Assembly (NCBI GenBank): GCA_030265395.1
Contig: JARFYF010000059.1
Span: 20,418,419-20,482,418 of the forward strand
Direction: 5' to 3'
DNA from: Rhina ancylostomus
Taxonomy: Eukaryota
Length of the DNA stretch: 64,000 bases
Both the position numbers and the translations under genes were made by a program. This document shows, piece by piece, positions 39,165 to 53,095 of the stretch (positions are counted from its first letter, which is position 1; every line of letters starts with the position of its first letter). The notes under the pieces are model-generated. The model had not been told where the DNA came from, searched no databases, and saw only the letters and a list, made by a program, of their open reading frames with translations.

Positions 39165-40223
39165 GAAGCTGCCTGACCTGCAGAGTGTTTCCAGCATTTT
39201 TCTTTTTTATTTCAGATTTCCAACATCTGCAGTGTTTTGATTTTCATTTGAAGAAAATGAAGTGACAGTTGCACCTACCGTGGCAATGCTTGGAAGCCTG
39301 AATGATGTGCTTACACATACATGTGTATGCTGAACAGAATACAATAACAGTGCTGATAGAGCAGCCAGATGGTGGTGGACAGATGCAGTTCATCACATCT
39401 CTAACATTAAAAACACTATTCAAGCCTCAAGTGCAGGATGATCATGACAAAAGGTTTATATAAAGATCTTAATACCAAGATTGTTCAGCAACATACAATG
39501 TAAACATTGTCGCAATTCCATCTGCCTGCCTACATCTTTGGGAATCACTGCTCTGATGGATCTGATAGCAACAAAACTTCCACATAATTTTTTTTTCCCT
39601 GCAAGTCTAACTTTCTGGCCTGCAGTCTTATTTTCCTGAAGGCTTTTAAACTGGGACACCAGGGAAGGCAAGGCACTTTGGGGATTAACAGATGCGCTAG
39701 GTTCTTTTTCACTTCCTGTTGATTAAGGCACTAAATGGAATCAATGTTAGAAAATCCAAAGGACTTTGTATCATTTTTACTCAACTGCTTGCTTTTAAAA
39801 TCTTCCGTACTGAATGGCACCGTGATGTCATTTCCATCGACAAGATTTCTTAGAAGAGATATGATGCAGGATTTGAAAATATAATTAGAAAAGCAAGTGG
39901 AGTGACAGGAAGCAAAAATCAAGCAGCAATGCAGCTTAACCTTTAATGTAGCTGGTGAGAGGTGCAAAGGAAGGAGAGGCAATGGCAGATTTCATTCTCT
40001 GTCATATTTCCTGTGTGCCCGTCCCTTACACTCAGAACTGAGTGTGAAGGTGGGAGAATTATGATGGTGCAGGGAAGGTTTGGGTTCATTTGTCCACAGA
40101 GAAGAGTTAAGAGCCAAATTCAGCCCTCAATCTGTGCCAACTTAACTCATGCAAGAGTAAAGGTGCTACAATTTTAGCCAGTCTTCCTGATCTACCTGTT
40201 GCAAGCTGTGGATGCCTGGATAC

Positions 40224-40390
40224 GGAGTCACAAGAAATTGCAGATGCTGGAATTTGGAGCAACAGACAAGCTGCTGGAGGAACTCAGTGNNNNNNNNNNN
40301 NNNNNNNNNNNNNNNNNNNNNNNNNNNNNNNNNNNNNNNNNNNNNNNNNNAAAGGGTTGACGTTTTGGGTCGAAATCCTGCATCAGAAAA
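40224..40390. mobile_element. Penelope-type short element (contains a gap)
   Basis: ggagtcacaagaaattgcagatgctggaatttggagcaac...gacgttttgggtcgaaatcctgcatcag. Confidence 0.65.
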
Positions 40391-43300
40391 TATGGAGCAA
40401 GCTTGGACATAATGCTCCCTTCCTTCGATGGCTCACTGACAATCACTGTGTACACTCTCAACAGAAGAATGGTTAGATACCAGAGAGTGACCAGTACTCA
40501 TTAAACCATCAGTGAAATACATGCCTAGAAATTGTGGTGCAACCTAGCACTGGCCCCTGCTGAGGACTCCTGCTGCTCCAGAGGCACAAGATCTTCCTTC
40601 CTACTGTGTGGAAGGACAGGGATCAGTGGTTGAGAAAGTTTTATGGGAATGGCTGTTTGGAAGGGGATTGGGGACCAGGAGATTGGAAGGAATGGTGAGG
40701 TAGTGGTCTGGAAGTTTCAATGGGGGATTGTGGGAGGAGAGCTGATCAAATCATTGGGGCTTGCAGCAAGGAGGACCTCCGCACTATGCCACAGTGTTTG
40801 GCAGGAGCAGTGGGAGGGAGGAGCGGATTGTGGTTGGTAACACTGAAGAACAGAAGTATGTTAACAGAAGTATATATAAAACACTTACCTGACAGGTGTC
40901 CCAGTTTGGTGGTGCACTGGGAAGACCATGTTCTCCCAGNNNNNCCAACAATGGTGCCCCCCAGACAACATTGTCTGTTCTCCTGTAACGCCTGAAGAGG
41001 GAACAACACCCTCCCATGTCCTTGGCCCAGAAACCAAGTTCTGCCATATGGGAAACTCAGACTAACAAGTGACCAGTTGAATTTCCAAAGTGACGTGAAG
41101 TAAAAATGATAATTATTGCATTTAACTCCAGAAAACAAAAACAAAATACAATTTTCAATTGCATGAAGCTGGAAAAAAAGCAGTGTTATGCAATTCGATT
41201 TCTAGGCCTGTGGCTGGTGCTTCAGAAGGAAAATGATTCAAGGGAGCTCAGCATGTGAGCCTGGAAATGATTGCACCAGGCATGCTTCTACTCACAGTAT
41301 GGCCTGAAGCTTTGCAGCAACTGTGTGTGCTACAAGGAGAGTGTGATGGTGATTTCTAAAGACAGCTAAAGAGGCTTTGAAACACTAATATAGTAATTGG
41401 TTGTCTGGCTTCATCCACGTAGTCTGAGCTTGGAAGATTTCATCAGTAATAAATGTTCTTGAAAAAGCTCAGCTCTTGCAGCTTTTTAGGCCCTTTGGGG
41501 ATTTTGGTGACTGTCTGTTCACTCTCCTTTACTGTTTTGATGTTACCCTTTATAATGGGATCAGACTGGCCTACAGTTTAGCAAGATGGAGCTTGCATTT
41601 GTAGCTGTGCCCTGACCTGTATTGTTAACATGTGCTTGCTTTTGTCTGTCCAGGGAGCCAGCTGGCAGGACCGATTAGGTAGGATGGCAGGTGAGCTTTT
41701 ATGTTCTTAAGTTTCAACATTTATTACCAGAGAGAATTCTATCATAAAAAGTGGAAAAAAAAACTTAAAGGTCTTGGGTTATCTTTCATGAATTCAAAAT
41801 GGGCCAAACTGCCACCCAGGCAGCTAATTAATTTGGAAGCTGAGTCAGAGGCATTTTGTAGGTTAGTATAGCAGTCAATTTACACAAAATATTAGTCCAT
41901 AAACTACTAAGATGAATTAATATTTACTTTTGTTTAGACGGTGGTATAGGACAACTCAAGCTCATTCCCCAATAATGCCATAGGTTCTTATGTGAAGGAA
42001 TGATTATTTTAATGGGACAGCACCTTTATGGAAACAAATATTTCTGGTGAACATATTCAAATGCCACTCTCCCAAATAATTCAAGGAGAAATGTTCTGCT
42101 ACATTTCCCTGTTGTGGATTCTAAGTGGGCACTGGGAGCATGCTCACCAATCATCCGATAATACTAGTGGCAGTCTGTTTGAGACCAGACTTCATTAGCT
42201 ACAGGTCCAGGGCTTTAAGTAGCAAACAAACCCTCAACTTCACAGAAGCATTAGCCCAGGCTGGTTTTACAGAATCCGTGACAGCATTCCTGCTCCTTCC
42301 AAGACCCCTCCAGGAACACATCAAAACTGTCAGTGGGCTCCAAGCCCAGAGCTCCAGCCAACATTGAAGCATGCATGATCTCAAGGCCAGTCCTGCGATG
42401 GCAAAACATGGCCTTGTGTTTGTCATGCAACAACCGGCACAGACAACAACAGAATATACTGCATGCATACTGTATGCAAGAGGAAAAATTGGGAGAGTTG
42501 TCATCCTATGTTTCAGTCATATGTCAACATTTTAAGGAGAAATAAAGGCTAATGTTTGGGTGGTTTCTTTCCTGCTTCCTCATTTTTAGAGTTCCAGTAT
42601 TTGCTATTTTGTTTCTCATTTCAATTTATAAAACTGGGAAGTACTTCAAAACTCAAGGAAGCTTGCAGAGAGCCTGTGTCAGACTTGTGCTTGCTCTGGC
42701 TTCCTGTAAGCGGGTGTCTTCTAACTGCAACAACAGTCTAGAATGCTCTGCATGAGGCTACTTTCCTCTGTGTTCATCAAGACAGAACTTGGGCTCCACA
42801 GTAATCCAGCCAGACATAATCAATACAGTTCTGTTTCTAAACCCAGACTACAGGCACCTGGTTAGTGTTATAAAATCTACGCACAGGAAAAATGAGACCG
42901 TACTTCCTCTATCATGCCAAGTCAAAGTATTCATTACAGATAATCTTTCGGCAGCAAAGAAAGAAAATGTATTGTGGGGACCTCTTTGACCCGGAAACAT
43001 GATTGTTTATATTAAGAGAGCATAGCACTAAAAGTACTTTAGATCTACATATCATTCTGTTTAATTTATTTTGTTACAAAATGCAGGATATTTAAAAATA
43101 ATCAGTGAAAGAAAGAATTCTCAAGTTGAAACTAAATTGGGCAATAAATAGCTGTCAAAATACACAGGAATTTCAACACCAAGAAAAATATTACATTGAT
43201 TTTTTAAATACTGAATCTGTGTTAAGTGGACCAACCTGTGCTATTTTGTATGATTTGTCTAATGTGCTGATACTAAAAATTTCATTTGCTTAAGCACGCA

Positions 43301-43724
43301 AAGGGGGTTTAGTGTAAGCACATTCTGTCCAGATGGAACAGAACCAGCGAATTACTGTACCCCAAGGAGGAAGTGGCACTGTCAAAACTGGATTTGATTT
43401 GGGAAGTTTTTATTGGAAAACAGGCACAATGCCTTTCTTTTCTTTGCCTACTCTCCCATTATTTCTTCACCCATGGAGCTACAATGAAAAAATACTACTT
43501 GTTACATAGCAGACGTACAAATTCAAAACATGATCAATCTAAGAATAGGAAGGGAGTCAGGCCAAATATTATTACATAAAATGTGTTAAATGGTGTAGAA
43601 TAAGTTCATAGGGATGCTCAGTAAAGCAGATGGTGTAATAGGATTTGTGGGGGTGCAGAGTGGGGCGGGGAGACCAGATACATTGCTCCAAGGGAAAGGG
43701 AGTTGGGCATCTGGAGAGAACACG

Positions 43725-44420
43725 ATCATAGAGTTGCACAGCACTGAAACGGGCCCTTTGGCCCACCTCGTCCATGATAACCATAATACCTTTCTACGCT
43801 AATCCCGTTTGCCTGCATTAGGCCTGTATCCCTCTATTCCTTTCCTATCCATGGACCTGTGCAAATGCCCTTTAAATGCCATAATCATATCTGCCTCTAC
43901 CACTTCCTCTGGCAGGTCGTTCCATGTACCCACCACACTGTGCGAAAACTTGCCCCTCAGATCCCCTTAAAATTTCTCCCCCCCTCACCTTAAACCTGTG
44001 CCCTCTAGTTTTAGACTCCCCCAACCTTGGGAAAAACTCTGATTATCTACCCTAACTCTGCCCCTGATAATTTTATAAATCTCAATAAGGTCACACCTCA
44101 GCCNNNNNNNNNNNNNNNNNNNNNNNNNNNNNNNNNNNNNNNNNNNNNNNNNNNNNNNNNNNNNNNNNNNNNNNNNNNNNNNNNNNNNNNNNNNNNNNNN
44201 NNNNNNNNNNNNNNNNNNNNNNNNNNNNNNNNNNNNNNNNNNNNNNNNNNNNNNNNNNNNNNNNNNNNNNNNNNNNNNNNNNNNNNNNNNNNNNNNNNNN
44301 NNNNNNNNNNNNNNNNNNNNNNNNNNNNNNNNNNNNNNNNNNNNNNNNNNNNNNNNNNNNNNNNNNNNNNCCTGACTATGGTTTTGTACAGCTGCAATAG
44401 GACATCCCAACTCTTAAATG
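43725..44420 (-). mobile_element. CR1/HER1-type LINE 3' fragment (with gap)
   Basis: KSWDVLLQLYKTIVR...LRCDLIEIYKIIRG...; tail catagagttgcacagcactgaaacgggccctttggccc. Confidence 0.9.
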
Positions 44421-47400
44421 TCTTGCTGGCACTGGATGTACTAAAATGATTCATTGTTCTGGAAGGTCAAACAGCTTTCACTTTATTACAAAGATTTATT
44501 CCAATGTAAAATTAATGGTGGGTATTCACCAAAAACAGCCAAGATAACACTCCAGAGATGGGATGATGCTTCGTCTCAAATACTGCAATGGTGCAAAGCA
44601 TCCTTGCATTTTAAACCAGGAGCACTTTGGGTGGCACAAATACTTTACATCAGAAATTTAAAACTGCCTCACTGGAGATGACAGTGTGTTAGTCACAAGG
44701 TCGGTTACAACAGTAGGAAAAGTAATATACTGAGCTAGAAAGTCTTTTGTACAGTGCATAAACATTTTACCTAGTCTGTACATGCAGCCAGACTCTGTGT
44801 GTAGATTCTACCAATACGTATGATGTAGAAAGAAAGATCACTGGGCAGTGATTTCAGTCAGTGTGCATCACATACATTGATGTCACCCATGCAAAGTTTG
44901 TTTTCACTGTTGGGCAAAGGCATGGGTGTCTCGTGTGTCAAAGCAGACCTTAACTGCAGAATTCTTGTCTGCTTTGGTATTAGATAGACCAGTCTTACCT
45001 GGTCTGTTGGTATGAAGACTGAGGCATCCACTGTCTTGGAAGTAAGTCCAGTACTTCCTATGGTGTCCATCCCACTGCTATCCCACCCCAGCAGTACCCT
45101 GAATTACTTGTCCAACCCTAATATTACCAACAGCCTTGGCCTGGCCATACAGCTGACCTACTGTATTAGAGACCCAATCATATACTTAATTCCACTTCAT
45201 TGACCCTTGCAGTATGGCTTGTCCACCCTCCCAGAACTGACCCAAATATATACAAATCAATCTTGTCTCCCCCTCAAACCCTATCTCCAACACCCCCCCC
45301 GCCCCCAATCTAGACCCAGTTCTCATCCCAACCCCGATCTTCCTGTGAGGTCCAAGTGCATGATAGAATTTACTGCTGAGGTTCCTTGGACAAAACCAGT
45401 CCCTGCACTGCACCAGGGGAATGCAACTTTCATATGAAACTTTTAACACCATTTTCCCTATCCCCATTTTTGATGTGAGAAGTGATGCAGTCGTACCATC
45501 CATTTAGATACATTCTGCTGCCAACCCCAGTTCCCTGTGCGTGCCTACTACAGAAGCTAGCTCCTGCTCAAGTACAATTCTGTGAACACCACCACACCTC
45601 TGAGATCTCACCCAAACTCAACTCTTTACTTTCCTACCTAGACAGTGAGAGCTGACAGGTTGATCACCCTTGACTGACATGACAGTCAAGCCCAATTCCC
45701 TCCTCATGCATCCAGTATGAGGTTTGATCACTATTGCAATTGTGGAACATAATTAGCCTCNNNNNNNNNNTCACTTGGGTTTCCTGCTGTCCAGCCAGGC
45801 TTTCTGAAACACTTGGAATGGGTATCAGGTAACAACAGAATCTGGAAATAGAATTGTCTACCAAGACCAGGCATTCATTTTGGCTGCATGAGTACACTGC
45901 CACAGGGCTTCTGGTACATAGGGAACTCAGCCCACAGTATGTCTGTATCCCAGTAGATGAAGGTGGAGGCAAGATTAGAGGTGGGCTGTGTTTGACTCCA
46001 GCTCATATTTCAGATGTCTAGTTCAACAATATATGAGGAAAAGAAATGTTATACATTAATGCTTTTTTCTTACTGCACTCACCAAACATCTGGACGGTAC
46101 AACATAATTAAACTAAAATAGTACAAATTCTCATCTGGTTAAACTTGCTGATTAGAGAGTTAACTAATCGTTTCCATACTTCTGGTAAAATAAGCCGCCA
46201 AGTCTTTAACTAAGCAACTCCTAAGAAGCCATTGGAATGCCCCAGAAATTGTGGTATGTTGTCCAGTAGTATCCCATTGATGAAGAATGGGGCAGATCTA
46301 AAATGGTCACTTTCCATCCTATCCACCTTTCCCAATCCCCAGCAATGACACAGGAAGAGTTATCAATGCTGGCATCTCCTATTCATGAACTGTACTGACA
46401 TCTCCAAGTCAGTTTCAACCATACAGCCTTGACTCAAAATGAACTGAATACTTGAGAGGCAAGGATTATTGTTGTTGACACTTTAAGTCACATGTCAGTG
46501 GGTCTTTGGTGGTGTATGGCTGCAGTCATATTGGGCACACAAGATAATGGGTGAAGTGAATGAATGGGATGGTTACAACCAATATCCTCCTGGAAACTTG
46601 CTAAAATCAGGTTTCCACCGTGGACACATTACTAAAACAGCTTGATAAAAGTCACAATTTCCAGCTTTTGTCTTAGCTGGGAACCGATGCGAGATGACCT
46701 TTAGATAAAGGAAATTAAGAGGTTTGTAGGACGAGCTGCTTTGAATCTGACCAGGTCAACCCAGTATCAGTTTTGCATCCCCAACCAAATTTGCTTTCCA
46801 TTGACTTCCACGTGTAAACTCAGTCTTTAACCCAATCTGTTGACTGACCGGATTACATTAAAAAATAATTCCAAAATGTTACTAGGAAGGTGCAAATGGA
46901 AGTGCTGCAAATGAAGCCTGCTACACCAAAGGTTGCTGTATCTCCAAGCATTCTGGCAACGAGGTGCTGTATATTTCAAATAAGTAAACAGTTGTTCAGT
47001 CCCTACTTTGCCAAACCTGTGATTTCCAAAGCATTTTAACCTCTGAAAGTACACATCAACGTTTTGTGTTTGTTCCAGGCCCCGCTGAAAATTTGGCTTT
47101 GTGAGCTGTGTACTTTAATCGCAGAGTAAATGGCACAGTCTTTACAGCTGCAGCTTGGAGACAGTTCAGATTCGGAGAGTGCTGCCAGGTCCCACCTCTT
47201 TATCAGCCTCCGCTTTGTAGTGTTCCCACACAAGGGCTGCCAAATAAAACTGGAGAGAGGAAAAAGAGCTTTCTCTATAGAATTCACAGGCCTGGTTTCG
47301 CCTAGTCTCAACCCCTGGCTGTTTGCCAACACGACAAGAATTACAGCACTAAAGCGCTGATAGCACTGCTTGGCTCTTCCTTCCCGGACCAAGACGATCG

Positions 47401-50400
47401 AACTGGCAGAAGACCAATTCCGTGTAACTGAGGCTGCTGTTGCCACCTCAAAACCTTTGAGATCATTGTCTGTCACCCACACTGCTCCTCTGGGTCAACT
47501 TTGTTATATTTACTCTAACAGAATTGTCTTTCCCAAATTGGAATGAGCACCATACACGAGAGAGTAAGCATCATGTATTCAGACCAAAATGGGTCATGGA
47601 CTGGGATTTGTCACGTACAGCTCAAGTAGGCTTTGTGAAATTCAGTCTGAAACAGAAATGCGGACAAAAAAAATCTATCATGTTTTCTCTGAAATGTTCA
47701 AATGGTCTTAGCATGTGCCTACATTTAACTATGTGCATAGGCAATGCTTTTTAATGAACTGCCTTTGCAACTTCTATCCTTTCTGCAGGTGCTGATTCAT
47801 CCTCACATTTAACTCTATAAAAACCAACTGCTTTCCAGTGGCTTGGGCCAAGGAGACATTCTTCATGTGCCATCCATGAGTAACTAGTTGACTGTAGGGT
47901 TGCTAACAGTCCTAGGTATGGTATTTCCCTCCACTTTGAGGAAGGTATTTCTGTTAAGAGCAAATACAACAAAATTGACTAATAAAAGTCCAAATTAAAA
48001 TCAGTTAATCAAGTACAGGCAGTCAAGGTTGAAACTTTTGTGATGCATATGACCGAGTATCATGTTAAACTGTCTAGGCCACCAAAGTAGCCGCAGCTTC
48101 TTTTGAAGCATGCCTTTTCAGTCAAATAAACCAGCAGCTTTTACCTCTTAATGAGAAATTTCTTTAAAAGCAATAGTCTAGAATTTCTACTGCACCATTT
48201 CTGCATGGTTCACCATTTAACATGCAGGACAAATGTTTGGAAAAGAAAGATCAGTGATTTTATTTCTTCTGCAATAATTCTGTTGTTTCCCACATGGGTT
48301 GCAAGAGCANNNNNNNNNNNNNNNNNNNNNNNNNNNNNNNNNNNNNNNNNNNNNNNNNNNNNNNNNNNNNNNNNNNNNNNNNNNNNNNNNNNNNNNNNNN
48401 NNNNNNNNNGATCAGGGATTTGCTTTCTTCTGCAAGAATTCTGGTGTTTCCCACCTGGGTTGCAAGAGCATCCAATCCACTTTGGCTCCCAGTGAAGGCA
48501 CCTGGACATGTTTGGTGGTATCTGATGAAATCAAATGCTTCCCTAGCCTCTACATCTTTACTTTCTGCCCATGAATACACACCACACACACACAGAGTTG
48601 AATTTCACAGCACATGGAAGCCTTTGCTTCAGAGATAATCGTGTCTGCCTGAGCAGGGTTGGAAATGTACCTCAGGCAGGTCTTCGTTAAGTAAAATGCA
48701 CAACCTTCATAATGATATTCTCTTGGTGTCCTGGTCTACTTTAACTCTCAGCCACTAAAACAGATATCTGTTCATTTATCCCACTTTAATACTGATGGTA
48801 ATATTGCATTGATACAAAAGCCACTGCTCTTTCTAGTTAGAACTTCTTAAAAAAGGAAAATAGATGTAAGCACAGAGAAATGACACTTACTGTGTGTTAT
48901 GTTAAGAAAAAAAACAGTGGAAGCTCTAGACATCGAGAACTCGATGCTGAGATGAAAAGGAGATGACGAGGCTATATCACGAAAGCTTCTGATGAGAGCT
49001 TTAATAAAATTACGTCTACTGAAATGATTACACAGCAAATGTTCACAAAGGTTGAAGCATACTTAACTGCTAAGTGATGCTTGGCTGCTTCAGTCAACAG
49101 GAAAATAATTGCATCAAATATGTGCAACTGTCAACAGCATGGTTCGGTAATCTGATAATTAGTTTCTGGGATACTTAATTAGAAAATAATGCACCCCAAA
49201 TCCATCCTGTATCATGCATCAGTCCCATCCCATGACTGTTAACTCAACTGCTTTCCAAACAGGGACTCTGGAGCTGTAAGCCTGCTGTGATGCTGCCACT
49301 TTAATGTCAATATGAAGTGGTTCTAATGTAAAGTATCAGTATGTCTGAAACAGGCAGGTGTCAGATCTTGTCTTTTTTTTTGCCTGGGCTTTGTTAGAAT
49401 CAAATTGGCAATGGTCTTTAAGAACGCATCCAAATCCAATATGAGTTAGTATCAAATAAAATATAACAAGCCTATTGCAAAAAAAATTGTCTTGCACACA
49501 AGAGCATGAAAGAAGTGCATGGCAAATTTAAGATTATTTTTAATGTGCCGTGGGAGAGGACATTTGGCTCATCAGGTTAGGTGGCCGTGCTACACAGAAG
49601 CATCTTGCCACCCCAGTGTCCAGCTCCAGCTGAACCATCCATTCTGTTCTCCCTCACACAACTCATCAATTTCCAGTGTGCTGGTGGCTGGGCTCCTGCA
49701 TCATATCCACGTGTGTCAACATGAGGCCACCAAAAATTGTCCTGTGTATACCCAGACTCACACTGTCAGATTCTCCCACCACCCCTCCCGTTGGAAAATC
49801 AACAGGGCAAACCGAGCTTGCACACTCCACACAACTTCCCCACTGGACAAAACCAGATGACCTCATTCCGACTGCAACACTACTGTTGAAGTGCTACTGG
49901 CAAAATTAGCACCTTGTGTCCAGGAGCAGCTGCCACTGGTCACTGTGCTGGCTCGGACTCCACTGAGGTAAAGGTAAAGGCTGTTCAGTAACATCCAAGG
50001 CTGCAGAGTGCCACAAAATGACCACTGCAACTTCTCGGTGCATATCTTTGCTTAAGAATTTATGGGGTTATTTATAATATGAAATGGCTTACAGTAAATG
50101 TTTCCTCTTTACTGCAGCTGTGCTTGAAATCTAGGTTATTGCCCTTCGTCTCACTCAGCTGCATGGCCACTTATGTTTGTGCACCACATCAAAAAGCAAG
50201 CTCCTCTAAATTCCTTTAACAACTTAAATCATCACCAAATTTAGCCTGTCTATGAGCTTTGTGGTGTCTGGGATGAGTTGTAGTCATCACAATTTTGTCC
50301 ATCCACTGACTACTCTCAGAACATGAACTACTGGAATTTTAGGAGTACTTGCGACATGTCTGAGAATGCAGTTGGTGGCTTTCCAGGTCATTGCAATGAC

Positions 50401-51794
50401 CCAGGCTGGATAAGGAAGTCCACATATCAGCAAAGCAGAAATACTCTTCTCAGTAAAAAAAACTAAACAGGCTTTTTTTGTGTAAAATTTTGCAATTCCA
50501 AGCCCTCATGTTAGAACAACTATAATAGTTATCTGGTTAGACAGTCTTCTACTGAATCTATCTCAGGATCATATCTTGCTGGCAGATCCCATTCCACTCA
50601 GTGAAGGAATTCAAAACACAATGAGACAGCCTCCTAAAAATAATTTGCCTGGCATTGCAATGTTGTAGTTTTGGCTGCACTTGATCTTGAAGCGGTCACA
50701 GCCAGGTTAATGTAAGTGATCCAGTGCAATTCTGTCCCTGCTTCCTAATTTTGACTTAATATGAGATAAGGTTTCATTAAAATATTTTTCTTCAGAGCTA
50801 CATTGGACATGATTGGTTTTCCCCCCATATAATTTTCTTTGTGTTTAGGAAAATTGGAATGGTGGCCAATCATTTGGTCTCCCAAGACAAATCCACGATT
50901 CATTTCAACGTGTCTGTCCTGCATCTTGACTCCTTGTTCCTCACCAACAGCTACACATCACCACCCCACCCTTACCCCATGCCTTTCTGGAATCTATCAG
51001 CCTGCTTTCAAATTTTCAGCTAAGTGAGCTTCAGCAGTTTGTGGAGCAACAAGTTTCCATTATACAAAGGCATTTTTGTCAGTGCCATGCAAATGCAAAT
51101 TGATTTCCCCCCAGAGTGAAACACGACAAAGCATGTTTCTGGGCAGATCTGCATCAGCCTGGACACTCCCAGTTATGATTCACCCTTGCAGACCTGATAG
51201 AATTTCTGCATCAGGGTTTCAGAGGATGACACTCACAAATATGGCATTGTAGAGGAACTTGATCTAAGTTCTCAACAAAGCAGGATTCCCAACACAACAC
51301 TGAATTGGGAATCCCATCATGTTAAGTTCTTTATCATTTGGGAGTCCCCACAATGCACCAACTCCCTTTTTCCTCCAAACTCCTCATTAATCACTCCAAG
51401 GTCCTGGTTCTAACCTTCAACCATTCCAATCCCAATGGTTTTCCAAGTACCCAAACCTTCAAAACCTGAAGCAAGCTTCAACCCTGATGAAGGCCTTGCT
51501 CTCCAACCTGCCCTCAATTTTTCACTTACCTCATCACAGGCCCCCTGCTCAATTGGAATCCTTGGCTCCAGTCCTGGACATCCTCCCTGGCCCTTGACCA
51601 ACCACCGGCCTCAATTCTTCTCCCCACCCAGAAAGCCCCAACCTTGGACCACAGAATAGGTTCTAATCAAGTCTATGGTTGCTGGCTATCCTGACCCACC
51701 GAACCCAGTCTTCATCATCGAAAATATACAACTACCTTCCAGTAGCACCCGAGGCCTTGGTCGTTGAAGCGTCACCACACTCACTCTCAAACAC

Positions 51795-51915
51795 AGTGAT
51801 TGCATCTGACCCCACCACCTCCTCTGTCAGTGAATTCCAAGTATCGACCACTTTGTGTGTAAAAAACTTTCCCTCAAATTCCCTTTAAAAGCCCATCCTC
51901 TCACTTTAAACTTAC
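51795..51915 (-). mobile_element. Short CR1 fragment
   Basis: gaattccaagtatcgaccactttgtgtgtaaaaaactttccctcaaattcccttt...ctcactttaaac. Confidence 0.65.
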
Positions 51916-52079
51916 AATTTTTTTATTCTTTTATTTTTTTATGGGATGACAAATACAAGATAGCATGGATTCAGAGGCTAATGTCAATGAATACAGCAAG
52001 GACTATGGCAGAAGAATACTCTTGCTGTGATGATGAAGACTAATGTTCCAGAATTGGGTTTGCCTCTACACGAGCGAGT

Positions 52080-53095
52080 CCAATGGCACACCCAACCAAG
52101 TGGAAAACTACCCAGACAGATCCGATCCACAGAAAGGGCAAATCTAACCAGCTAATATATCTGTCCAATCAGTTCTTGACAGCTCTATCAAGTGGCATTA
52201 ACCAATAATCTGCTCACCAATGTTCAGTTTGGGTTTTATCAGGACTCCTCAGCTCCAGGTCTCATCGTAGCTATGGTCCAACGTAGGCCGAAGAAATGAA
52301 TTCCAGTGTTGAAGTGAGAATGACTGCTCATGACAGAATGTCAGGATTTGACTGAGTCTAGCAACAAGGAGCTCTGATAAAACTGAATTAAATGGGAATC
52401 AAGGAGAAAGAGCCTCCACAGGTTTGAGCCGTATCTTACGCAAAGGAAGGTGGTTGTGATTATTGCTGTTGGAAGTCAATCATCACAGTGAAAAGGCATT
52501 CCTGTGAGAATGCCTCAGGACTGTATTCTAGGCCCAAATATTTTACTGTTTCATCAATAACCTTTCACTTGTTTTTCCCGAAGTGGGGTTTCATTGATGA
52601 TTGCACAATGTTGAATTTCTTTTGCAACTCCTTAAGATAATGAAGCAGCCTAGGTCTGCAAGACCGAGAAAAAATGCTCTGGTGTGGGCTGACAAGTGAC
52701 AAATAAAATTTGTCACAAGTACCAATCAATGAAAGACCATCTCTAATGAGAAAACTTGATCACTTTCTACTGACATTCATTAGCATTAACATTTCCAAGT
52801 GCCTAACCATCAATGTCTTGGGTATCAGCACTCGCCAGAACTTAACTGGGGTTGCTATGCAAACACTGCAACTACTAGGCAGGTTTAGAGTTCGGCTGTG
52901 CTGAGTGACTTACCTCTAACTCCTCAAAGGCACACCATCTGCAAGGCACAAGTGAGAAGGATGAAGAAATACTGTCCACTTGCTTGGATTAGTGCAACTT
53001 CAACAACACAAAACCACCTTGACATCATTCAGGATAAAGCAACCTACTTGATTGGCACCCCTTCACCATCCTACACATTCCTACCCTCCGTCCCT
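52080..53095 (+). mobile_element. Decayed LINE reverse-transcriptase region (CR1/L2 group)
   Basis: Remnants: cctcaggactgtattctaggccca (PQG..LGP), ttcatcaataacctt (FINDL-like), attgatgattgcaca (ADD-like), tgggctgacaagtgacaa (WADKWQ-like), and CKAQVRRMKKYCPLAW...DIIQDKATYLIGTP. Many stops and frameshifts. Confidence 0.8.

Noticed and set aside
48249-48470. 61-bp direct repeat flanking a 100-N gap (48249-48309 and 48410-48470)
   Set aside because: The six differences are all T/G or A/C transversions and the copies directly abut a standard 100-N gap. This is most likely an unmerged contig overlap with low-quality bases, not a real repeat.
51484-51510. CTGATGAAGG resembling a hammerhead box
   Set aside because: No downstream GAAA or stem II and no family context; it lies in C-rich low-complexity sequence.
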